In this document: positions 1 through 6,535 of the stretch, piece after piece
Layout of the letters: each line of letters opens with the position of its first letter
Numbering within the stretch: the first letter of the stretch is position 1
From: a virus
Virus record (IMG/VR): IMGVR_UViG_3300045988_085064
DNA length: 64,000 bases
Direction: 5' to 3' (one strand)
Notes under the pieces: model-generated
The model's input: only the letters and a program-made list of their open reading frames with translations
What the model was told of the DNA's origin: nothing
Databases searched by the model: none
Program-made: the position numbers and the translations under genes

Positions 1-97
1 AAAAATCCCATGCGTTATATGTAATTTTGGAAAATGACAACTAAAGAATTTCGCAGACAGTTTGAAAATTAACATATGTTAGGGAGGAACAAAAAAA

Positions 98-436
98 ATG
101 AAATACAAGACAACTATCAAAGCAGTCCGGCAATGCGCTTGCAATCCCCGCTCGGTTGGATATTGCGATCTCCAGTATCTGTTAACTAACCATAGTCCAA
201 ACGCTTATACTTGCGGAGTTTACGGGTGGAATTTTGATGTATATGACGTGTACGGCGTGACTATTTGCACCGGATACCGTGGGATGATCGGCCCGCGCTG
301 CGAAGGTGTCAGGGAGTACGAAGAAAAAGCCGCAAAGATTCTTTCATGGGAAAATAAGGAAATGACATACGACGAAAAGCGGGAAGCTGTAGAAAATTTA
401 CTGCATGAATTTTGCAAACTAAATGGAGGATATTAA
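98..436 (+). CDS. hypothetical small Cys-rich protein
   Basis: 112-aa ORF with an AGGGAGG SD about 10 nt upstream. No family recognised. Confidence 0.5.
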   Translation: MKYKTTIKAVRQCACNPRSVGYCDLQYLLTNHSPNAYTCGVYGWNFDVYDVYGVTICTGYRGMIGPRCEGVREYEEKAAKILSWENKEMTYDEKREAVENLLHEFCKLNGGY

Positions 437-437
437 A

Positions 438-845
438 ATGTATATGTATAACTATTTGGAAGCAGTTACCAACGACGCAAAACAAGCTATTCTCGAAAAC
501 ATGAATGACTGGAACTTTGCAGACCGGGAAGAACTGGAAGAAATCGCAAGTGATGAGTTGTGGGTAGATGATAACGTGACCGGCAATGGAAGTGGAAGCT
601 ACAGTTTCAATTCTGAAATGGCAAAAGAATATGTGCTTGAGTCTGATGACGGGCTAGACACTCTCCGCGATGCAGCCAAGGATTATAACTGTGAACACAA
701 AGCATTCACAGCGTTTTTAGAAGAGAACTGGGAATATCTGGATGTTACAATCCGTTGCTATCTTTTATCGCAGGCAATCAGCGCCGCCATTGATGAGCTG
801 GAAGAAGAAGGGAAAATTCAGTATTCGGAAGAAGAAGAAAAGTAA
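438..845 (+). CDS. hypothetical strongly acidic protein
   Basis: ATG 438 follows GGAGGA (424-429) and abuts the upstream stop. Asp/Glu-rich composition only; function unknown. Confidence 0.5.
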   Translation: MYMYNYLEAVTNDAKQAILENMNDWNFADREELEEIASDELWVDDNVTGNGSGSYSFNSEMAKEYVLESDDGLDTLRDAAKDYNCEHKAFTAFLEENWEYLDVTIRCYLLSQAISAAIDELEEEGKIQYSEEEEK

Positions 846-921
846 ACATTTCCGCGCGGTTTCCAAAGGGTTTCCGCTCAAAAATCCATGAACATTTTAT
901 AAAAAAGGAGATTTTTTTGCA

Positions 922-1176
922 ATGAAATATAAAGCCAATTTAATTGGAAAACGATATATAAAAAATGGATATGCTACAGAGCTTTTTTATGAATATCGCG
1001 GAAAAGAATACATGTTAACCGCGTACAATAACGGATATATGGAAGATTCGCTATATAAGCGACATAAAGAAGAACAATATAAGATCGATGAAATGATCAA
1101 GAATGAGAATAAATCAGTTCAGCAAGGAACTTTCAATCTTGATGAAATATTCAATATTTTAGAATCGGAGGAATAA
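922..1176 (+). CDS. hypothetical protein
   Basis: 84-aa ORF with AAGGAG upstream. Confidence 0.45.
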   Translation: MKYKANLIGKRYIKNGYATELFYEYRGKEYMLTAYNNGYMEDSLYKRHKEEQYKIDEMIKNENKSVQQGTFNLDEIFNILESEE

Positions 1177-1179
1177 AAA

Positions 1180-1449
1180 ATGAAAAACGACATATCTAAA
1201 ATTTCTATATCCGTTATTGTAAACCATACGGAAAGAACGACGACGGTTAAAATGTCAGGAGAAAAAACGCCAGTGTCATTTATTCAAACTGCCAGTCAAT
1301 CCGCATACGTCGCCGCTCTTCGAGATGCTGCATTTTATTTACTTGAAAAGGCTGCTTTACTTGATGAAAAAAGTCCGTATAATACACGGGAGCAGGTGGT
1401 CAAAATGTTTAATGAGCATCGCGGATTCAATGAAAAGGAGCTTTTTTAA
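1180..1449 (+). CDS. hypothetical protein
   Basis: 89-aa ORF tightly packed after the previous gene (GGAGGA upstream). Confidence 0.45.
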   Translation: MKNDISKISISVIVNHTERTTTVKMSGEKTPVSFIQTASQSAYVAALRDAAFYLLEKAALLDEKSPYNTREQVVKMFNEHRGFNEKELF

Positions 1450-1450
1450 T

Positions 1451-1576
1451 ATGAAAAAATCTAAAAAACGTTTCAATCCCATTTACTGGATGTTCCAGTA
1501 TTTGGGCGGTCTGATAGCAATTTCCAGCTTGTTTTGGATTCCTGTAATTGTCTGTAAAATTTTAGGAGGTTGTTAA
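1451..1576 (+). CDS. small membrane protein (41 aa)
   Basis: ATG 1451 directly follows the upstream stop. Hydrophobic helix IAISSLFWIPVIV. Confidence 0.35.
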   Translation: MKKSKKRFNPIYWMFQYLGGLIAISSLFWIPVIVCKILGGC

Positions 1577-1577
1577 A

Positions 1578-1790
1578 ATGAAAAGATTTGTTCTCGAATA
1601 TGCACATTTTGAAAAAGCAAAGCCGCGTGAATATATGCCGGAATGCGGACGTATTTTACATAATAAGGAATTGGACAAAATAGAATGTTCATATGTTCGT
1701 GGGTTTATCACGGAAGCGGAAGCCGTTAAAATGATACTAGAATCAGAAGGTAAAATAATTGACGGATTGCAGAAAGAAGATATAATGTGA
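1578..1790 (+). CDS. hypothetical protein
   Basis: 70-aa ORF with a TAGGAGG SD upstream. Confidence 0.45.
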   Translation: MKRFVLEYAHFEKAKPREYMPECGRILHNKELDKIECSYVRGFITEAEAVKMILESEGKIIDGLQKEDIM

Positions 1791-1996
1791 TGCATACTGT
1801 AAAATACTGGGATTCCAAATTGTACCAACTCCAGAAACTGGCAGATTCCATAAACTACCATATAGATAGTGATACAGACTATCTGACTATCTGCCAGCTT
1901 TTGCCAGTATCAAGAAACAAGTCAGCACCCGTCGAGATTCTGCCACTTTTTTGCAAGGTAGTTGAGCGGGTGCAAAGCGTAAAAAATTGTAAATAA
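1787..1996 (+). CDS. hypothetical protein
   Basis: 69-aa ORF with an ATGA overlap to the upstream gene. Confidence 0.4.
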   Translation: MMHTVKYWDSKLYQLQKLADSINYHIDSDTDYLTICQLLPVSRNKSAPVEILPLFCKVVERVQSVKNCK

Positions 1997-2012
1997 TAGG
2001 GAGGGTTTTACC

Positions 2013-2201
2013 ATGGAAAGAAATAGGAAAATCCGTTGCTATATTAACGGGGAATATCTTTTCACTACCGCAAAATTTTCCAGTCAAAAGGCGCTAAAAA
2101 ATCATCTGCGCAGCGTGAAACATATCGAAATCGCATCAATTCCAGTCAAATATATTACGATTTACGACTATGACAAATTGACTTTTGAATATGTTGAATG
2201 A
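2013..2201 (+). CDS. hypothetical protein
   Basis: 62-aa ORF with a GGGAGGG SD upstream. Confidence 0.45.
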   Translation: MERNRKIRCYINGEYLFTTAKFSSQKALKNHLRSVKHIEIASIPVKYITIYDYDKLTFEYVE

Positions 2202-2216
2202 TAGGAGGATTTTACA

Positions 2217-2399
2217 ATGCTATTTTATGGAAATTATGAAAACGGAAAGCGTTATATTTGCGCGTACGATGAAAAAAAGCACGGAGCGCCGCGCGTGATC
2301 TCGGAAGATATAACTTTTATCTATCATAATTCGATCAGTGTTTACCGGATTTACAAAACAGAGCGGGAAGCAATGTCTGGCAGCTGGGGGGAAGTATAG
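2217..2399 (+). CDS. hypothetical protein
   Basis: 60-aa ORF with a TAGGAGGA SD. Ends TAG TAA TAA. Confidence 0.45.
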   Translation: MLFYGNYENGKRYICAYDEKKHGAPRVISEDITFIYHNSISVYRIYKTEREAMSGSWGEV

Positions 2400-2587
2400 T
2401 AATAAGCCCGTTATCATGCCAGACGGAACAGAGACAACGCCAGCGCGTTATTTCGGCACGGAGGATGTTCACGACGTGTTTATATCGTGGTATGACGTAA
2501 AGGGCGAACTTTGGCCGGGTGAAACGGCATAGAACGCCCACCACGCCCCGAACACAAAAAAACATATAAACATATGCCGCCGTTCTG

Positions 2588-2630
2588 AAAGCCCGTTGGC
2601 AAGCCGCTGACGGGCTTTTCTTTGCTTTTC
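2588..2630 (+). terminator. rho-independent terminator closing the left gene block
   Basis: AAAGCCCGT (2588-2596) pairs with ACGGGCTTT (2610-2618), followed by a T-rich run. Confidence 0.7.
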
Positions 2631-2742
2631 TATGTTCCTATAGCACTAGCATAGTTTGCGCCGTATACGTCCACCAGAGCCGCCAGAATGGCATTGTACA
2701 ATATACCTAAAATAGACGGCTTATTTTTGTGCAATTTTTTTG

Positions 2743-2771
2743 TTGACATATGGCGCACGATCTGTTATAAT
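2743..2771 (+). promoter_or_regulatory. consensus sigma70-type promoter (P1)
   Basis: TTGACA 2743-2748, 17-nt spacer, TGtTATAAT ending at 2771. Confidence 0.7.
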
Positions 2772-2777
2772 CAAAAA

Positions 2778-3340
2778 TGACCTATGGGCAACATATGAGG
2801 GGGGAGGAGAAGATATGCTAGTTAGAGACGGCTAACTATGTTGTTTAGACAATCTGCACAATTCCCAACTTTCCGGCACACTTTACTCAACTAAAGTATT
2901 TAGCTAGTCCAAGCTAACTCCAGAAGTTGCTCTTCACTAACTTCATTTCGTTAAAGTGAAAATCCAGGGTCATGTGCGCCTATGCGTATGCATACGCCCA
3001 AGAGATTTTTATTTTTCCGGGCCGGAGTATATAATATTATATATAGCGCGGCGGCTGGTCCTTCGCGTTGCCTAGCGCCATGTCCTGGACTAGCGGATCA
3101 GGGCTATGCGCACAACGGTATTCTTCAGCTCGAGTATGTAAAAGCCGTAGCGACGTTTTGCCGAAAGATTTTGACAGAGGTATAAATATTCTTAGTGAAA
3201 TGTGAACTTAACTCAAATCGGCACCGACGGCGCGACATGATTATGATGAAATTTGCGCTCACAGTTTGCACGTCTTATGCCATATAGACAAGTTACCAAC
3301 CGACAGCCACACATTATTTTACGATGGAAAAATGTGTGAG
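2778..3340 (+). ncRNA. candidate large structured non-coding RNA (class unknown)
   Basis: About 560 nt downstream of P1 with no credible ORF. G+C is visibly higher than in the flanks. Many local helices, for example 2819-2825/2832-2838, 2900-2905/2912-2917 and 3054-3061/3087-3094. Confidence 0.35.
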
Positions 3341-3399
3341 TGTACACAAATCTCCTACGAAAAATGTGATGATGTTGACTTTGATGCTAATACGCTAAT

Positions 3400-3720
3400 C
3401 AATATGTATATGAAAGTATGATAATGCTTCTATTCATAGACATAAAACTGTATATTGCTTATAAATACATATATCTATATCATGTGTATTTCTATCTGCA
3501 TCATTTATGTGCATGATGATGTAGATGTATCTGCATATGAATATGTAAATGTATATGCAGGTGGATGTGTAAATGATAATGATTATTGTTATTGTATATG
3601 TATATAGGTATCTATATATACACGAGCTGGAAAATGAAAAATGACTTTCCTATATGTAAATACAGCCCGAAAATGAAATTCTAAAATTGGAATTGATATT
3701 TACAATTCCAAAATGAAAAT
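3400..3720. repeat. AT-rich low-complexity tract plus phased AAAATGAAA 9-mers (candidate origin or DNA-bending region)
   Basis: TATR-type low complexity over 3400-3620. TATCTGCAT appears twice and TGTAAATG twice. AAAATGAAA occurs at 3631, 3670 and 3710, about 40 nt apart. Confidence 0.4.
3687..3711. promoter_or_regulatory. operator-like perfect inverted repeat TTGGAATTG-N7-CAATTCCAA
   Basis: 9-bp arms at 3687-3695 and 3703-3711, just upstream of P2. A third TTGGAATTG lies at 3797-3805, downstream of the predicted start site. Confidence 0.45.
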
Positions 3721-3732
3721 TAAAATTCGTAC

Positions 3733-3761
3733 TTGACAAATAGAATCAAATGTGGTATACA
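3733..3761 (+). promoter_or_regulatory. sigma70-type promoter (P2)
   Basis: TTGACA 3733-3738, 17-nt spacer, TGgTATACA. Confidence 0.65.
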
Positions 3762-4024
3762 TATATACGAGGTGATAATTATGACGTGACTAATTATTGG
3801 AATTGTATTTTTTGTATTCTTTTTTTTATTTGCATTTTTTGGATTGGTAATGGTACATTGTATTTACGTCAAAAATGGAGGGAAATTATATTTTGATGAG
3901 TGGATTAAAAAAGTATGGCACAAAATTTGGTGATGATGATGTATGTACTCTATAATCACAAATACTATCTTATACACAATGCCATAGGACAATATTATGT
4001 TAGAGAAATGGAGGAGCTGTTTGA

Positions 4025-4156
4025 ATGATTGATGTATTGTGGAATGTCGTTTGTTGCATTGGATATGTCGCGTTTGCTTTGATTGGGATTTTATTGTGTG
4101 TTGCATTAGTTGGTTGTATTTTGAAATTGATTAAAATTTTTAAGGAGAATATCTAA
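4025..4156 (+). CDS. 43-aa membrane micro-protein
   Basis: GGAGGAG SD, then ATG 4025. Sequence MIDVLWNVVCCIGYVAFALIGILLCVALVGCILKLIKIFKENI. Too short for the ORF track. Confidence 0.35.
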   Translation: MIDVLWNVVCCIGYVAFALIGILLCVALVGCILKLIKIFKENI

Positions 4157-4220
4157 TGATTGAAACAAGAATTTATAAATGCGAATATTGCGGTGCAGGT
4201 TACGATTTCTGAGGTATATT

Positions 4221-4427
4221 ATGGATAATGTGTTAGTTAAATTTATAAAAATAATGTATGAACAGGCTAAAATGTCAAAAGATTCGTTAGATATCCATCT
4301 GTATATTGCAAATTGCGTAGGCGCTTGTGCATATGAGCATATGAGAACAGGAGAGAGACTTGCATTTAATTTATGGAAGAACGAATGGAGTGAAAAATTT
4401 AACAAATTGCTTGAAAATAATTCTTGA
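4221..4427 (+). CDS. hypothetical protein (68 aa)
   Basis: ATG 4221 follows TGAGGT. This is the in-frame inner start of track ORF 4179-4427. Confidence 0.4.
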   Translation: MDNVLVKFIKIMYEQAKMSKDSLDIHLYIANCVGACAYEHMRTGERLAFNLWKNEWSEKFNKLLENNS

Positions 4428-4452
4428 CAAACAATAAATCATATGGTATAAT
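4424..4452 (+). promoter_or_regulatory. consensus promoter (P3) driving tRNA and zinc-ribbon gene
   Basis: TTGACA 4424-4429, 17-nt spacer, TGgTATAAT. Confidence 0.7.
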
Positions 4453-4555
4453 ACAGATGTGGTTGAGAGATTGGGTAATCTCAATTACAATTCTTCATTG
4501 TGAACCTCCTGAAAATATAGTCCTGAGCATGACGCTAAAAGGCTCAATCAAATAT

Positions 4556-4648
4556 GGCGGTGTCGGTTAATGGTAAGCCAGCGGTCTTATAAACCGTTTA
4601 GCTCTAGATTGGGGCAAAATCAGAGTTCGACCCTCTGCGCCGCTACCA
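4556..4648 (+). tRNA. atypical class-II (long variable arm) tRNA, formal anticodon UAU, CCA encoded
   Basis: Manual cloverleaf. Acceptor GGCGGTG/CGCCGCT, D arm GGTT-AATGGTA-AGCC, anticodon arm GCGGT-CTTATAA-ACCGT, 23-nt variable region, T arm CAGAG-TTCGACC-CTCTG, discriminator A plus CCA. Confidence 0.6.
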
Positions 4649-4678
4649 GATAAAATCCAAATCCAATGAGGTGATAAT

Positions 4679-4915
4679 ATGGAAAAATCTCCACTAAAAG
4701 CCATCCGCGCAAAATGCTTGGATTGTACTTGTGGTCAAGCAAGCGAAGTTAAAAATTGCCAAATCAAGCAATGTCCACTTTGGGAATATAGATTTGGCAA
4801 ATCAGGGCGTACCCGCTCAATGACCGACGAGCAGAGGCAAGCTGCGGCAGAACGGCTCAAATCAGCTCGTCTGGCAAAGAAATCATTGACTAATAATGAA
4901 GAAAATTCAGATTAG
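4679..4915 (+). CDS. small zinc-ribbon protein (CxxC...CxxxxC)
   Basis: 78-aa ORF with a GAGGTGA SD. N-terminus KAIRAKCLDCTCGQASEVKNCQIKQCPLWEYRFG. Confidence 0.6.
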   Translation: MEKSPLKAIRAKCLDCTCGQASEVKNCQIKQCPLWEYRFGKSGRTRSMTDEQRQAAAERLKSARLAKKSLTNNEENSD

Positions 4916-5052
4916 TTGATTAAGTAAGGTAAGTTGTAGGGTAAGTAGTTAAGAGGAATTTATTGATTATTAGTGTATGATTATTTTATTTGCTTGTTTA
5001 GGCTCGTTTGCGGCTGGCGTTGCAGTTGGGATGCTGATTGCAAAAACAATGC

Positions 5053-5081
5053 TTGACAAATAAAATCAAGTATGGTATAAT
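5053..5081 (+). promoter_or_regulatory. consensus promoter (P4) of the 1-kb tRNA/structured-RNA transcript
   Basis: TTGACA 5053-5058, 17-nt spacer, TGgTATAAT. Confidence 0.7.
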
Positions 5082-5092
5082 TGAAAATGTAA

Positions 5093-5267
5093 ATAATATC
5101 CGACCGGATTTGAAGATAACCGTCAAAATCTATATCACGCCTGTACTGAGGTCTGCGCAGAGTTTGAGAAGCGGCAGATACAGACTAGAGAATTGGGGTC
5201 GCGCCTGAGCGTGTTCCGTTAGCATGAGGACAAAAACATAACGGCAAAGGTGATATAAGGATATTAT
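5093..5267 (+). ncRNA. closed structured RNA domain D1 (unknown class)
   Basis: ATAATATCC (5093-5101) pairs with GGATATTAT (5259-5267). Nested inside it, TATATCAC (5131-5138) pairs with GTGATATA (5250-5257). No ORF. Confidence 0.35.
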
Positions 5268-5335
5268 GTAAACATCATTCACGGGTCAGTGCTAGAAATA
5301 GCTATGAGGTAGGAAGCTGGCTTGAGATAAAATAT

Positions 5336-5420
5336 GCGGGATTGGTGGAATTGGCAGACACATCTGATTCAAGCTCAGATGCCGTAAGGCGTAGGGATTC
5401 GAGTTCCCTATCCCGCACCA
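5336..5420 (+). tRNA. tRNA-Leu (anticodon CAA)
   Basis: Canonical class-II cloverleaf. Acceptor GCGGGAT/ATCCCGC, D region GTGGAATTGGCAGACAC, anticodon arm TCTGA-TTCAAGC-TCAGA, long variable arm, T arm AGGGA-TTCGAGT-TCCCT, ACCA end. Confidence 0.9.
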
Positions 5421-5512
5421 TTAAGTCCACAGCTTGTTGGATGCATACGGCTTGCTAAACTGAATAGGAATCCAATGCTTCTAATGGGTTGATGCTTAAA
5501 GCCCATTTCCAT

Positions 5513-5607
5513 ATGATAGCAAGTAGCGCAAATTTTATATAAGATGCTCAATGAGAATTGGGGAATGTATATAAGATGAGGTCATGCGCGGCCTCGCTTG
5601 CTATCAT
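5513..5607 (+). ncRNA. closed structured RNA domain D2 in a tRNA-equivalent position
   Basis: An 11-bp terminal helix: ATGATAGCAAG (5513-5523) pairs with CTTGCTATCAT (5597-5607). It is preceded by the same leader hairpin and CCATAT motif as the tRNA-like element at 5726. Contains an internal direct repeat TATATAAGATG twice. Confidence 0.3.
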
Positions 5608-5725
5608 AACCAGTAGTTATGGTTTGTTGACCATTGTTTGGATTACTAGCCAATCGATGCCTAGAGTCGATAAAAACAAATCAATGGCGGTTCTGGTAGG
5701 TTGAGCCTAAAGCCTACTACCATAT

Positions 5726-5799
5726 GACCGTATCAGCTAATTGGTAAGCCCAAGCTGTTCAGAGCAGTTGGAATGCAGATTCAAATCCTGCTTCGGTCA
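5726..5799 (+). tRNA. tRNA-like element, formal anticodon CAG, imperfect
   Basis: Acceptor GACCGTA/TTCGGTC has one T-T mismatch. There is an extra nt between the D and anticodon stems. Anticodon arm AGCTG-TTCAGAG-CAGTT. T arm GCAGA-TTCAAAT-CCTGC has an A-C mismatch. No encoded CCA. Needs tRNAscan-SE. Confidence 0.35.
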
Positions 5800-5805
5800 T
5801 ACGAT

Positions 5806-5987
5806 TATAGGATTGCACACAGTTATGCCCACCATTGTAACTGACCCAGATGCAAACCTAAGAAAATCTTAAAACCCTTAGTAAATAACGCGCGTCACTG
5901 CTAAGGTTGGCTGTTGGTCGAATCTCATCTAGTACCATCCGAAGAGCAAAACTGGAAAATGTGCTCATAGTGCGGTGATAATCCTAT
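5806..5987 (+). ncRNA. closed structured RNA domain D3 (unknown class)
   Basis: ATAGGATT (5807-5814) plus GCAC (5815-5818) pairs with GTGC (5970-5973) plus AATCCTAT (5980-5987). Followed by hairpin ATAGGG (6001-6006) with CCCTAT (6052-6057). Confidence 0.3.
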
Positions 5988-6140
5988 TCCGTGCATTGGT
6001 ATAGGGCTTGGGTAAAGATGACCTTGTAAGTAGTTGATAGTGGAACAATAACCCTATATATCAAGTCAATATGCGCATGAACATTGCGACTTGTTTTAAT
6101 AAAATTTTATTAGAAATTGAAAGGAAATTAAAAGGAATTT

Positions 6141-6416
6141 ATGACAAAGAAGGAACTAATCAAGTTTGTAGCAGATAGTACAGAGAATACGGTCAAGGAC
6201 ACAACTGAGATCGTAGATACGTTCATTGACTATATCAGACATAGCCTAGTTCAGCATGAAGATGTGGTGATTCATGGCTTTGGCAAGTTTACAACTAAGC
6301 TGCGAGATGCAAGAACTGCTCGTAATCCACAGACTGGTAAAATCATTGAAGTCCCTGCCAAGTATGCTCTGACGTTTAAGCCGACAAGCACACTAAAGGC
6401 AGAAATCAATGAGTAA
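6141..6416 (+). CDS. hup: HU/IHF-family DNA-binding protein
   Basis: 91 aa. Sequence KKELIKFVA...VVIHGFGKFTTKLRDARTARNPQTGKIIEVPAKYALTFKP is the classic HU arm motif. Confidence 0.85.
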   Translation: MTKKELIKFVADSTENTVKDTTEIVDTFIDYIRHSLVQHEDVVIHGFGKFTTKLRDARTARNPQTGKIIEVPAKYALTFKPTSTLKAEINE

Positions 6417-6430
6417 ATAATCCTCCTGTT

Positions 6431-6467
6431 AAAATCCCTATGGTCGAAAGATTGTAGGGATTTTTCT
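6431..6467 (+). terminator. rho-independent terminator after hup
   Basis: AAAATCCCTA (6431-6440) pairs with TAGGGATTTT (6455-6464), then a T run. Confidence 0.7.
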
Positions 6468-6477
6468 AAAATAACCC

Positions 6478-6506
6478 TTGACAAATTGTCGCTATGGTGC
6501 TATACT
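6478..6506 (+). promoter_or_regulatory. sigma70-type promoter (P5)
   Basis: TTGACA 6478-6483, 17-nt spacer, TGcTATACT. Confidence 0.7.
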
Positions 6507-6535
6507 TAAATCATCAAATGAAGGAGCTGAACATT

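Noticed and set aside
2982-3185. A 67-aa plus-strand ORF inside the GC-elevated segment.
   Set aside because: It has no SD and an implausible composition. It spans palindromes and hairpins. The region is better explained as non-coding RNA.
3400-3660. Possible CRISPR array or tandem-repeat locus in the AT-rich tract.
   Set aside because: There is no regular repeat-spacer periodicity, only short degenerate AT-rich motifs. No cas genes are present.
3864-4405. Minus-strand ORFs of 80 aa and 99 aa opposite the P2 micro-ORF operon.
   Set aside because: They have no SD and an AT-driven Ile/Asn/Phe-rich composition. They run antisense to SD-preceded plus-strand ORFs downstream of a consensus promoter.
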